Of a DNA stretch of 64,000 nt, positions 12,989 to 26,421 are shown one piece after another. The stretch comes from Chlorokybus atmophyticus. Taxonomy: Eukaryota > Plantae > Mesostigma and Chlorokybus algae. The stretch's first letter is position 1, and the number at the start of each line of letters is the position of its first letter. The notes beneath the pieces were generated by a model. That model made no database searches, was not told where the DNA came from, and saw nothing but the letters and a program-made list of their open reading frames with translations. Both the position numbers and the translations under genes were made by a program. The stretch lies in assembly GCA_009103225.1 (NCBI GenBank), contig RHPI01002533.1, positions 1,109,842 through 1,173,841 on the forward strand, read 5' to 3'.

Positions 12989-15310
12989 ATGGCGGCGGCG
13001 GCGGCGGCGGCGGGTGGGGGCAAGCGCAACTGGGTCCCGCTTGAAGCCAACCCTACGGTAAGGCGGAAACGCATTGCATGACAGCTCTGAGCCAGCAGAC
13101 GCTTTGGATCGGAACATTCACTCTCACTCAGCTTTTGCTGCCTTTACTTGTGCGTCTTTGTTTCTCACGTAGCTCCAACAGTAACCTATCGTTGACACAA
13201 TGGGTTGTTTGCATCGCAAAGCGGCCAAGTCTATGCTTGCTAGCTTTTCGCAGTGCATGCAGTGTTGAACAAAGTTTTGCAACGTACAAGCATGTCAATT
13301 ATTGACTTGCTATATACATTATGCAACAGTGGCAACTCTCTGCTCTGCAATGAGCCATAGCCCTCCCAGGTTCAGGAGGTTGTGAACACGAGAATCAGTG
13401 ACCATGCATGCTGCACCTGTGTGTAGCTAATAACATCAAGCAGCTGACCATGCTTACCAACCCCATACCGCTCTTCTAGAGTAGTAGACGCATACATATG
13501 CATAGTCTGTTCAATTCAACCTGTTGGCCATGTTCAGTTGCCCCTGCAAAAACTCGTCTTCTTGCGTGCGGTCATGTACACACTACTTGTCGCCGTGCTC
13601 TAGCTCCACCCAGTACAACAAAAGTATTCCAAAAAAGCCAGCGCTTCTTCCTCCAACTGGCGTTACTGCCTCCATCACACGCAAGTGCATGGCAGGTGAT
13701 GACGTCACTGGCGTGTAGCATGGGTGCCACGCTGGCGCAAGAAGGAGGACAGGCGCAGTCGTCATCGTCAGCGCAGCTGGCATACTGTGACGTGTACGGC
13801 CTCGATGATGAGCTGCTTGCGATGGTGCCCTCACCTGCCGCTGCTGTACTTCTCCTCTTCCCTATCACACCACAGGTTCTGTAAATAATCATGTTTCTTG
13901 TCATCATCATCATCATTGTCACCATAAACATCATCATCACTGCTGTCAACAATGGCTTGATGCTGTGGAATTGCACAGTCGGAAGCTGCGAGCCGCGAAG
14001 AAACGGAGCGCATACGCAACAACAAACAACAGGTTGGCATAAGGTTGTAGCACATGCAGAGTGTCAGTTCTGTTTTTTTTTTTGGAATGTGCAGCGTCGG
14101 TTTCGATGTTCAATCTTGGTGGTTGCACACAACCGCTTTGCCTTGTGTCCTGCTTTGCAGGTTAGTGAGAAGGTGTGGTTTACGCGGCAGACGGTTGGGA
14201 ATGCGTGCGGAACAATCGGTCTCATACACTCGCTTGCGAACCAGCCGAGAGACAAAATCGCGTTTGGTAACTGCACAAGCTGCTCCACTGCTGGCATGTC
14301 ACAGAGCTCTGCTGGTCGAGAATGACTGGTTGTACGGTGGTTTTGTTTTATCAACTGTTCTTTTGCGTGCAGAGCCCGGGTCGTACTTTGATGGCTACTT
14401 TAGGAAAACGCAGAGCATGACTCCAGAAGAGGTGCGCATGTGCACATGCTTGTGCGTGTGCATGCGCGTGTATGTGCGCTTCCAAGCGCATGCATACTTG
14501 CGCGCATGCGCGTGCACATCTCGCGTGCTTGCACACTGGACACTACTGCCTATGTAGTGACACTTGGTTTCAAGCAGGATGTCATGTTGTACATATTACT
14601 GGTGTGGTTGTACATGATCTGATGCGGTTGTTCTCTTTGCAGAGAGCACAGTATCTGGAAACGGATCACAGCATAGAAGAGGCACACGCAGCCGCTGCAT
14701 CTACAGGGGACAGTGCGGTAAGCTATCTGTTTGCCATTTGTCTTGAGTGCGGGTGCATACAACTTGTTAACACTCGCTGAAAATATCACAACACAGTATT
14801 CAGCTATACCTGAAGCTGCCTGACACGTATGCATTTGCACTGCATACATCATCAATGCTTTGCATGCAGGTGCCGGATGCGGATGCACCAGTTGACCTGC
14901 ACTTTGTCTGCTTTGTGTGCATAGACGGTAAGCTGGTGCGCTTCACTGTGTGGTACTTGTGATGGTCTGTATGTTGTGAAGTGTCTTATGCCGAGGCGTG
15001 CTGCTTTACATCATATGTGGCTGTCTCATCAGGGTCGCTGTACGAGCTGGACGGTCGCAAGCCCCATCCGGTGAATCATGGACCCTCTTCTCCCGAAACA
15101 TTGCTCAAGGTTGGTGGAGATGTGTTTTCGTCTTGTGCTTGCTTGAGATCAACTTGGCGTATCGCTTCCAGACAAGAGAGACTGACTCACGTGTGTGTTG
15201 TGGTTTGTTGGCAGGATGCGGCCAAGGTGATTCGGCAGTTCATGGACAGGTCGCCAGAGTCAAGTAACTTTAATGTAATAGCGTTGGCGCCGGCTGTTGC
15301 CGACTACTGA
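12989..15310 (+). CDS. UCH: Ubiquitin C-terminal hydrolase (UCH/peptidase C12, UCH-L3-like), multi-exon
   Basis: [43 protein letters not shown] (catalytic Cys), DLHFVCF (catalytic His), LYELDGRK (catalytic Asp), NFNVIAL; TGA at 15308. Confidence 0.95.
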
Positions 15311-16023
15311 AGCTACTCGCCTGCCCATTATGTTGTGTACAGCCAAACGTGATCAGGCATATGAGTGTGCGCTTACTTCAAGCGCAGCTGTTGAAGTTCC
15401 ATTGTGTTTGTGCCTCGTCTATGATATGATGCATGCCGCATGCGAATGGATGTACGCAACATGTGAGTGCGCGGGATGTGCAAGCATAATACGTAATCTC
15501 AAGTACTATTGAGCCTGGTCGGTTACAACCAAGCCATAAATTCTATATATATAGCAGCAGCAGCTGTAGCTTCAACCAGAACTTAGTAGCGCAATGCAGA
15601 AGAGCAATATGCATGTTTGACTGCGTGTGCCAACGCAATGGCTTCACAAAACCAATGCAACGCACATGTTTGTCATACGCACAACAACCGGTTCAACTAC
15701 TCAACGCACATGTTTATCATATATATAAGCCCACACAGGGTTCAGTTCGACAGACAGACAAAGGCAGTTCAATTACCTGGCTACCAACTCGTCAGCTAGT
15801 GTAATGTACACTAAGACATTCTACTACGCAGTTAAATCTCAACCCTCTCCTGGCGGGCTTACCGCCAAGCTATGTAACGCCACACATAGACACTCTTCAA
15901 TCCCAGACACAGTAAGCATTGCCCAGCAACCAAATGCGCCCACTTATACGCGCGCACTCACAGAACAATTGCATGACAGACATCAGAATGTACGATTGAA
16001 TAAGAACTTGCAGAGCGCCGCCA

Positions 16024-19000
16024 TCAAGGCTCAGGTGCATTGGGAGCGGCCTGCTTGATGGCGATAGAGTTGGCGTCCGCGCCCTTCAGCGAGGGAGCGT
16101 GTGCCGGTCTGTTCACTGGGTTGCTGTTGGCGGGGAAGCCATTGCTCGAACCATTCCGGTCCCTGCTGCTGGCCTTGGCCAACTCTTTGACTGGACTGGG
16201 AGCCCTGTAAGAGTGTGCGGGAACATCAGCAAGACGCACGTCCTGCTTGGCAAAGTCTGGTTGACCGGTCGAGCTCATCAGCCGCGCCCACATGCGGTCA
16301 TGAATGTCGACCTGCAGGCAGGAAGAGGATATTAGTTGTGCATCACTGACAAACTGCTAAGCAACGCTCTGCATCTCCTGGCTATGAGTGGAGTACGCTG
16401 TGTTGAGGTCAAAGTCACACTGACAAACACAATGTTGCCATGGATACCAGTGTGTACCTGATTAGTTCGCTGAACAACAACAGGGATAGGGATGTATGCA
16501 TGCCGTCCATTTACACGTCCGGTGACAAAGCCGGTATACCTGCCGACAGAAGGTAATGTTCACACGCTGCCTGTGTCTGCAACCATCACACCCACTGCAC
16601 TTGCATTGAATATGTCATCGTACCCGTGCATAGCGCCATGCACCGCAGAGTGTGCCAACAGCGTGCAGTACACGTTGTCGGCAGCGTTGCTGGGAATTGC
16701 GCGAATCATGTAGGTGGGGTCGATGTACTTTAGACTGAAGGGACGTCTGGAGGCCGAAAAGTGTTTGTTCAGCTGTTCTTGAAGCCACAGCCCTATATTC
16801 TGCAACTTTGCATTGCCAGATGCGTCCCTTTCAACGGCGCCGTAACTGGCAACAAGGTCCTGGCCACCACCCTCTGCGACCACTATCACAGCATGCCCTG
16901 CAGTGTGTGCAAGCACTCAATGGGATTTACCAGTACAAGCTAAAAACATCGGCACCATTGGTTTAAACGACGCGACTTCATGGCCTAGGTGATGACAAAG
17001 CTGCATCCAGATTATCCAATCCATGCCATGTAATGTGCCTACCGTTGGCTTTCAACCGTCCTTCAAGCCACCCGTAAAGACCTCCTTGTCCCTCAAGAAA
17101 GAAGGGCACTTCAGGGATGAGGCAAGCATCCACGTCCCGAGAACCCAATGTGGCGTACATTGCAATGAAACCAGAGTGGCGGCCCATCAACTTCACCAAG
17201 CCAACGCCATTGGGCGTGGAAACAGCCTGAGGCACCCCTTGTCAGTAAGCGAACTTTATTCTTACTGAAAGCTGTTTGCGAAGCTAGACCAAGTACCTCC
17301 ACGTGCGCTGCGTTGATCGCTCTTTGCGCTTCTTCAACAGCCGTGTCAAAGCCAAACGACTTATCAATGACGCACATGTCATTATCAATAGTCTTTGGTA
17401 TGCCTGCTACTGCAACTTTCAACTTGCGTCGGCGACATTCCTGTTTAGGATGTTTTATGTCAGAGAGCTAGCCAAGGACATCCATGGTAGTGCAGTGCAG
17501 TCATGTTGACGTGCTTGCCTCATAGATGGCCAGACAACCGCGCTGGGTGCCATCACCACCGATCACATACAACTGATTGATGCCACGGTCCTGCAATACC
17601 AACATCAGCACAGCCCTGCATGGCGGTGCAGAAAGCTTTTGCAAACGCAACCATGCCTGTATGGAGTCAACAATGCGATCAATGTTGGACCCGCCACGCG
17701 ATGTGCCAAGTATGGTGCCACCAGCACGATGTATGTCGGTGACCTTGCGAGGGTCCAGCTCAATCATGTTCTCTGCGTAGAACCCTCGATACCCTCCCTG
17801 AGCACATAAAGTTTGTTTCGGTTTGCAAGCAAGCTGCCATGTGCTAAAATGACGTAAGAATGGTTCTTTGGCCTGCACACCTGGACACCATATATCTCGC
17901 GTGCTCCATACTGCCCCCACAGCGCATATACAAGTTCTCGTACAACTGTGTTGAGACCTGGGCAAAGGCCCCCGCAGGTACAGATTGCAGCCCTTATGTC
18001 ATCGGGCTCGAACGCCACCTGCCATAGCAAGACTTGAACTGTAAGAGTCACAAGGCCCTTCCTCCCNNNNNNNNNNNNNNNNNNNNNNNNNNNNNNNNNN
18101 NNNNNNNNNNNNCTACCAACCCAACCCAACCCAACCCATGAAACAAAAAGTACAGAACACAGACAGCGCACCATGCTCCAGTCTCAAGCACAAACAGGCA
18201 GAAATCAACTAGCCCTTACCTCTTCCCGTGGGCCTGCTCGCCTGAAGTAAGAAGTTCCGGCTGCATTTTCAGCGTTGAAGACGACCTGCAGATGCAAGCA
18301 CTACCAACCTCAGCGTCGTGTCTGATACTTACTTCGCATGCTTCCAGCACTCTCCAGTTCATACCGAGCTGGAGATGTAATCTTGAGGGTGAATGTAGAA
18401 GTTCCTGGCAGCTATGCATGTCAGAAGACATGCAGCAACAACTCGTTTGGTTCAAGCTAACAGTATAATCTTAGCAGCCCCACAATGACTTGCACTATCA
18501 CAACCCACTCGCATATGCTCACCCAACTGCAGCGAAGTTTGGGCTGAATTGTACGAGAGGGTTGGGTCGCATCTGCAAGCACGATTTCTTGTTAATAACA
18601 CACAGTTCCTTCGACACTGCATCATGCTGACAAGCTTGCACTCGTGGCTGTGGGCTTCTATGTTGCATGCATTGGCGCATGCAACATAGAAGTCGACTGC
18701 AATTGAACACCAGCTTGCCAGCAAACTGCACGTGTTCACATGCTTTAGCACTCATGCATAGAGCAATCCTGCACTGCACGTGACAGGCATTGCGTTGTTT
18801 CTATGCATTGTACTTCACATGTGACCACTTGTTAACACGGCTGGAAGAAGTCCATGCAGGTGCAACGTACTGGTACCAGCCGCACCTTAAGCCCATCAAT
18901 GTACTCGCGCAGGTGTGGAACATCCTGGATGTTGGGCCCGCAGCGGACACGGGCAGGGCCGGTTGCGCAAGCGCCACGGTGCTGCTGCTGGCGCCTTGGC

Positions 19001-19089
19001 CGTCGGCACACTATCAAGGAATTGCCAGCACTGGTGAAGCTACCTTGCAAGCACTGCAATTGCTGGGACCCCACCACCACCGCCGCCAT
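16024..19089 (-). CDS. PFK: ATP-dependent 6-phosphofructokinase, plant type, with predicted plastid transit peptide; multi-exon, assembly gap in an intron
   Basis: Exons [134 protein letters not shown]. Start MAAVVVG at 19089. Confidence 0.93.
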
Positions 19090-19778
19090 GGCAGTGTAAG
19101 CTCCACTAACAAAACTGCAGCAATGCACTACTGCTCCCAGCAGCTCAGCTGCAGCAAGCAAGCAAGCGCTTCCATATGAGCCTTTGAACAGCTGTAACAA
19201 CAGTGATAAGCTCGCACACAAAGTTAGATAAGCAACGACACTACCGCCTCCACGCTGTTCACCGCAGGCACCTTGGCTCCGACCGCCGCCGCCGCCGCCG
19301 CACTATCTTCGCGGCTTAATGGTGTACTGAGCTGATAGGTAACGCACAGGAGACGGCTGACTGAGCTGTTTACAGCCGCCATCAACAGGGAAGCGTAACC
19401 TACAACGGTTTAGCGACCGAGTAGTAGTACCAGTTAACAGCGTGCTCGAGCTTGGTTGCTCACAGTCTACCTGACAGCTTCAAGGTTTACAGGACCGCAA
19501 AGTCTAGACCGGCCATGCTGTCCCGCAGCAGTGGGAACAGACAGCAGACGGCGTAACGTGCAAAGCGTAACGCAGGTGCGACATTCCTCTGCAAGATACT
19601 CTTTCACGCGTGACTGCTGCCGTATTCTGCCCGATGCGATACATTGCGTATCTTGCTATATGTCGGTGTATGACAAGTCCGTAGACGATTGTTTTGGCGC
19701 TTTCAACAACTGTCGGTGCAGATCTGGACAGGTTGGGACAAGGCCGGCCTGGTGGTGGCGGTGGGCTGCTTCTGCGGC

Positions 19779-21716
19779 ATGGCGGCGATGGCGACAGCAT
19801 TGGTAGCTGCACCACGGGGCTTGCGCTGCAGTAGGGGTACGGCAACGCTGCCGACGTCCTCTTCCTCTTCTTCGTTTCCGTCGCTGCCGTCGCAGTCATG
19901 GCGGCGTGGAAGCATGCGCAGTTGCCAGAGGGCGACCCGTGCACAAGCGAACGCCATGCATGCTGAGGATCCTGTCTCAGTGGTGCGAAACGACGTTATC
20001 AGTAAAGACGTTCCCCTTATCTTCCTGTGAGTAACTTCGTCTGGTCTGAATGCAGACCAGCTGGTGGCAGGTTGTGTGGCATGCCTCTAAGCGCTGCTCA
20101 ACACATCATTCAGCTGGTCTCAAAGCAAGTGTCAACTACGTACCTACACTTGATTTAAGTTGCGTGCTTACACAATTCGCCACTCAGCCGCATGTCCTCC
20201 AATACATAACGGACTCACCTCAGACACTTGTTTACTGCAAGTCAGCAGCTTGTTGATGGTTTTACACTCAAGATGTCTGCTAGCGAACCATCAGTGATCT
20301 CGCCAACCAAGCGAACACCAAAGAAGACGCTCTGGACTGGGAGTCAAATTGAACTTCGCACCAAGTGTCATGAGATGACTTACTTTCGTCCTCCTGTCGC
20401 AGACCTTTTCTTGAGTATCAACTTGAAGCCCTCCGCCCGCACTTGTCGGCCCCACTCGAGGTCCCCGCGCACCTCGCGCACGCCTCATCCCCCCGCGGCC
20501 GCGCGCTAAGCTGGGCTTACGAGGGCGAGAGGATACGGAGGGCGAGGTTCACCTACCTGGACTGCGGAGCAGCGGCGCAGGTCTTCAATTCTGTTGTGTA
20601 CCCGCACGAACGGTGAGCGGAGGAACTTGCTTGGGTTGGAGGGCTGTTGTTACGGCTGAAGAGGTTGCTTGCATGTGCGTGTGTATGGTGATAACGGCGC
20701 GTGCGTACGCGCATACGCGCCTTGGGTGTGTGGCTTTGCTCACGTATGCCTGTTGTGCATGCGTGCGTGCGCGCGTGTTTTGTTGTGTGCACATACGTTG
20801 CAGCCATGTCCACCACCAATTGATACATGTTTAACCACAGCTTCGACTTGCCAATTCTTGGTGTGGATTTCATCTCGTTTGGCAAGAAGAAGATCATCTG
20901 CGTGATGGACTTCCAGCCTCTCTCACAAGACCCTGCCTATCTGGTAAACTGCACTTCATTGGCAAGAGCAGCAGAATTCAGAGCTGAACGGATTGCCGTG
21001 CTTGCTGGGTAGGCTGCGTACGTCGAGCCGCTCAAGGACATCAGAGATAGGTACACGGACCTGGCTGGGAGAATGTCAGCTCGCTTCTATGATGAGACGA
21101 AGTTCTTCTCCCAGCAACTTCTGCTTGTGCGATCTGAGACGCCAGACATTGTGACGGTGCGCAGCAGCAGCACTTTTACATCATATGCCACCAACCTCGA
21201 CAATGTCATGGCAACACAAAATGGTGTCACTGGGCATGTGTTTCAAATGTGCAAGATTATCAGCAATGCGCCGTGCAAGCACGCAATCACACGTCTCTTT
21301 CATGCAGACACGCCTTTTTCCTGCATTCAAGGAGTATCTGGCGCTGTACTTGTCCCTGCTGCATTCCGCCGAACCCTGCGCTTCCCCTTCTGCCACTCGC
21401 CAGGCGCACACGGAGTATGACTGCTACTCTGCAGAGAAGGACCCTGCTGTTGGAGTGTTTCAAAGCTACTGGGGTAAAGAGGTAAGCGCGGATGATATGC
21501 GCGTGCCAGGCTGCTGTATGCACTCGTATTGTGACATTTGCCTTCAGCGGTGGTGGCACCGACAGTGTAGAGCCCATGTGCATGCATGCATTGCGACACA
21601 GCCAATGCCATACCCTGACTTGCGAATAATACAAAAACATATCGCAGTGGGCAGAAGAGTTCTTGCACGACTTTCTGTTCCCAGACTCGGTAAGCAAATC
21701 AACAATGACAACGTAA
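19779..21716 (+). CDS. Ferredoxin-dependent bilin reductase of the PebA/PUBS lineage with transit peptide, multi-exon
   Basis: Spliced product contains [105 protein letters not shown]. This is collinear with cyanobacterial PebA as recalled (QVFNSVAYP, GVD, DFQPL, YSAERDPA, FLHEFLFP). Confidence 0.88.
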
Positions 21717-21812
21717 CCACACGCAACAAATGCGGCACGCAGAAGTAGCAAGCCGACAGACACTCTGAACGACACCTACGTGTGTGCGAGGTGCACACAC
21801 ACAGCTACGCAA

Positions 21813-23412
21813 TCAAGTCTTGAACAAGGCCGGTTTTGCACGCTGCGCAGGCAGCTTTCCAGCTTGACGCACACGCCGTGCAGCCTCGCGTACGTGCGTG
21901 GGCCTGATGGGGCCTGTGTCGCCCCTTTCCGTCATTACCTCCCGTGCTGCAATCAACGCACCACAAGTGACTAGGTTGCCAACATTCATAGATCCTTGAT
22001 TGTATGTGGCAGTGTCTAGCATAAAATGTTGTGTCAGTGAGCCGCACAACGTACAATACTGTTGGTACCTGTCTCAACAATGTCGCCAACAAGAAGCTTG
22101 GCCAGGCCGGACATCACAATGGTTGTTTTAATTGTCATAGCGGTGTTGGACACCGTTTGCAGCAACTGCCAAAGATATATCAAATAAGATGCGACGCCTG
22201 TGCATACATGAAAGTTGAATGCGGACACTGTCATACCCTGCGAACTGTGGCGCGCTGGAAACCTGCCCTTCGCATGCACTCGTATCGATTCATCTGGTCT
22301 GGAGTCAAGCGCGCCAGTATAGCTCTGTCACAACCTCATAATCAGCCACGCCCAATGACGTGAAAGTCTACACAACGCTTGTCACTTGCGTGAAACAGCA
22401 ACCACTCACTTCATCACTTCCGGGTTGTCCTGGATGCTGTCGTCCTCGTCGACATCTCCCTCCTCCCCGTCATCGCTGTCTTCATTCTTGTTACCCTTTG
22501 CTGGCTCTTGCTCGCCTTGCCCAACCCCAGCAGCAGCGCCAAGTTGCTGCTGATGACGCCATAGCAGTGAGACAACAACGTTCCACAATCACATCACAAG
22601 CAAATGCAATGGCACAACGGACTGCATGCCACAGATAGGGCACGCTGAAGTCTTATACCTACATGTTTTCTGCAGCGCATGCGCGTGTGCACGTAAGCAT
22701 GCACACTAGCTTCAATCTCCCTCGGCTTAGCACTAACGCTGCAATCAGTTTCAATTCTTCGTTTTTCGTGCTGACAGGTACCCGTCAACTCGATGCCGCA
22801 CTACGTGCTGATGTAGTCATTTTTCCCCTAACTGTTGAGCTGAAGGATGTTGCACGTGGACAGGTACACACCACGTCATGTCTGCATACAAATATGCAAT
22901 GACTGTATGAAACAACGCGTGGAATGCACCCATAAGGCCAGACCAGTATCCGTGGAGCCTATGCAATCAATGCACAATGGGTTTCTATGTAACTGCATTA
23001 CATGCTGCCCTGCAAGCACCCCACAAGCCCTGACCTGCTGTACTTCACTTATACATGTACACAAGTCATTATGCATGCAGACATGCAACAACACCTGTGT
23101 TTCAGGTGCAAGCTCTGCCTCAAGGTCGAGGTCGTCGGCGTCGCCCTTAGCCTGGTCTGGCAGGCTCCTGGCAGCAGCCGCCGCACCGCCCCTTGAGCCC
23201 TCCTCTCCCTCCTCCGCCACTTGCTGGTCCTCTGCCTCATCGTCTACAGCCTCATCCTCGTCCGCCGCCTCCTCGTCCGCGTCATCGTCGTCGTCGTCAT
23301 CGTCGCCGTCCACGTCGAAGTCAGCATCCGGCAGCCGCGGATCTAGCCGAAAGCGCTTCACCGGCGCCGCCGTTCCCTGCTCCTCCTCGTCGCCCTCGGC
23401 AGCCCGCTTCAT
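21813..23412 (-). CDS. TAF11: TFIID subunit TAF11 (TAFII28 histone fold) with acidic N-terminus, multi-exon
   Basis: TPDQMNRYECMRRAGFQRATVRR / LLQTVS..IVMSGLAKLLVGDIVET / AREVM..GPIRPTHVREAARRV. Long Asp/Glu-rich N-terminus from ATG 23412. Confidence 0.9.
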
Positions 23413-23760
23413 GCACGCTGCGCCCCTGAAATACGCCAGGCTACGCCAGACCAACCAGGCCAGGCCAGACCAGACCAGACCGAAAAGCCTACCCAAAACT
23501 TTGGCCTGGCGGCGCCGATATCTATACACGCTCGTCGGATGTCAGATTCAAAAGCGTATATCCTTGGCTTGCCTGAATTCCGCTTTTGCAACAGATATCG
23601 CCAGCAGAGTGCGGATGTCCGAGACACGTGGCGCCTGGCATAACGGGTCTTGAGCAAGCACGCGGTTTTACAGTCGCTTTCTGCGGATGAAAACGTTATG
23701 CGCAGCGCTTAGAGGAGCGGGGGGCAAAGACCAGAGGCATCGATTGCACTTTTCGTGGTG

Positions 23761-23776
23761 AAACCCTAACCCTAAA
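23761..23776 (+). promoter_or_regulatory. Telo-box (AAACCCTAA/AACCCTAAA) in the ~440 bp bidirectional TAF11 / plastid S13 promoter
   Basis: AAACCCTAACCCTAAA lies 80 bp upstream of the S13 ATG. Related TAGGGTTTAGGG motifs occur upstream of DnaJ (~6060) and upstream of the transposon cargo gene (~51345-51390). Confidence 0.55.
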
Positions 23777-23855
23777 GCGGGTTGGCGGCAAGGTTAGCGG
23801 CGGCGGCGGCGGCGAGGCCGTCTGTGTCGGGGAAGCGGGGCCGCAGGGAGGAAAG

Positions 23856-25252
23856 ATGGCGATGGCTGCGGTGGCTGGACCCGTGCGGTTTGCCACGTAC
23901 ACCGGTCTGCGCGCGCAGAGGCCGGCTGCAAAGGCTGCTGCACAGCCCGCGCCCCAGGTGAGGCGGGGCCATTCGCGTGTTGCGCAGCCTTGCGGGTTTG
24001 CTGCAGGTGTTGCCTTAGTTACGATGCAACATGTGATCTGTGCGTGCATCGCATTGTCTTGCTCAGATCTGTCTGCTGCTAGTTGTTTTGGTAAATGCAC
24101 ACAAAATCTGATGTCGCACCTGAGACACCATGCGATCTTGACAATGCTAACAAGTCAATGCTTTAGGGAAGTCCTTGTGTGGTAGGTCTGTCGATGACTT
24201 CCCCATCAGCAGTGCATTGACGTTACGTTGGTTTTGCTGTTGACGTGATGCTGCAACAGGTGTCTAGTGAAAATGCAAACGCCCACATTTGTAATTTTTC
24301 ATTTCGAGATTATAGCAAAGCGGCGTTTTGATGCATTTTTGTGACAATGCATCGACAACGTGACGTTCTTGGCGACTGGGCTCACGTCATGTGTGTGCAC
24401 ATATGATAGAGGCCTGGTCGAGGAGCGCTGGTGATTCGTGCCGCACGTGTTGCTGGTGTTGAAATCCCCAACAACAAGCGCATTGAGACTTCCCTTACGT
24501 ACATCTTTGGGGTAAGTCTTGTGCGCAATGTGAATTATCGTTGTGAGTAATTACCATGGTTGCTTGGTTGCTTGACCCGTGCACAACTTAAGTCACATTT
24601 TGACATACTAGCAAAGCAGGGCAGCTGTGGTTCGTACATGCATGCGTATGCACTTGCAGCTGGTTATGCGAGAGATGTTTATAGTAAACAAGGGTTGATT
24701 TGTGTAAAGCTGCTGGTGTGTAGTTGTATAACGCTTGCGTATCAAGTAGCGTACAACTCCGCACAATTGCATTCGAACAGGCTTGGCATTATCACAGTAT
24801 GTTGTATGTGATCACAGTTTAAACTTGCACCACAGTTTATGTGCATGTGTGCTTTCTTATCCGAGGTTGTCGCAGGTTGGGCCGACCACTGCGAAGGCCA
24901 TCCTCTCAATGACAGGCCTTGAGAACAAGCGCACCAAGGACTTATCCGAGGAGGAGCTCACTCTGATCCGTTCTGAAACCGACAAGTACACCATTGAGGG
25001 CGAGCTGGTATGCCAGGAGTCTGCTCAATTTGGTGCCTGTGCATGACTTGGTTGGTGTTCCTCTCATCATCATTGTTGTTGCAGCGACGATTCAATGCTC
25101 TTTCTATCAAGCGGTTGAAGGAGATCCAGTGCTACAGGGGCAAGCGCCACATTGCAAACTTGCCGTGCCGCGGACAGAGGACGCGCACCAACGCTCGCAC
25201 GCGCCGTGGCAGGAAGATGACTGTTGCTGGCAAGAAGAAGGCACCAAAGTAG
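23856..25252 (+). CDS. PRPS13: Nuclear-encoded plastid 30S ribosomal protein S13, multi-exon
   Basis: Transit peptide, then [22 protein letters not shown] / [19 protein letters not shown] / [39 protein letters not shown]; TAG at 25250. Confidence 0.95.
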
Positions 25253-26421
25253 ACGCTATGAGTTATATAACATGGGCTGCAGCATCTTTACGTGTGCAAT
25301 TGCAGCGCTGCAGTTGTGCACAGGGATGCTGCGTGCCTAGTATCTTGCAAAGCTGGTATTGTGATGTTGCAATTGCGTGTCTGCATGCATGAGGTTCACA
25401 TGGCATGCACTGTTGTTCTTTTACATGCCAAAGTGGTTAGCAACCAGTGAGTGCAGTCTGTGGCTTGAGAGCTGTCTTCTACTTGGACTGCAACACCAGA
25501 TCATCATACATGTATTACTTGCATTTTCTGTACGCATGCAGTTCTAAGTGCACACAGACGGCACCCACAAGACTGCACCAACTCGCATGAAGGAGGGTGA
25601 TTGCTTGAAGTGCGCGATCTGCTTTGGCAGCACAGCAAGGGATGGTGGTAGTCCAGCGTACAGAAGATTCACGCCTCATACATATGGCAATGCGTGTGCA
25701 TTGCCCGTATTGCAAGGCCACCTACAAACCCAGCGACCGCCTAGCCAAGCAAGATGATATGCCATGCCATCTCCCAGTCTTGGCCTTCATCGTCTACATA
25801 CATACGGCGGCATTGCCAACAGGTTGGTTGCTGCTGCTGCTTGCCTGCTGCACTGCCTGCTCCACCATCTCATCCCCTCCACACATTGCATACCTTATAC
25901 ATACGCACTTAGCTGCAGCATCTAGAATTAGGTTGCCCCAGCCTAAGTTGTGCTTTCGGCCTTGCTGCTCATGCTTGCTGGCTTGCACTTGCGCTTGCTT
26001 GCTGGTGTGACAGTGTGCTCACGTTGCATTGCATGCTACGCATCAGAACTACTGGACGACCTATACATAACAAAGCATACAGGCAAGCACTAGCAGCAGA
26101 GCAGTGTTTGCAGGCATCTATAGATTGGGCAACAGCAATTGCCATGACACTCTGTCCATGGAAGCAGACTGCTTAGGGCCTTGACAGTTTATACAACTAA
26201 CGTGTCTGATCGTGTGATTGCATGATAGCTGGGCCCTTTTGAAAGCCACCCAAGCCTTGCCTTTACTACTGTTGCGCCATTGTCACGGTGGCTGATGCGC
26301 ACAGCAGCCCATGTTGTTGGCCAGGGTATACGGTAATACGGTAATGGGTGGGTGTTGTGAGCTCACACATAGTTCACAATCATGCACCTCCTTCTCGAAC
26401 GAGGCCGGCAGCCATGCCAAT

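Noticed and set aside
25515-26010. Cys-rich short ORFs between S13 and CCB4
   Set aside because: They lie in the converging 3' UTR region; no domain or consistent exon chain.
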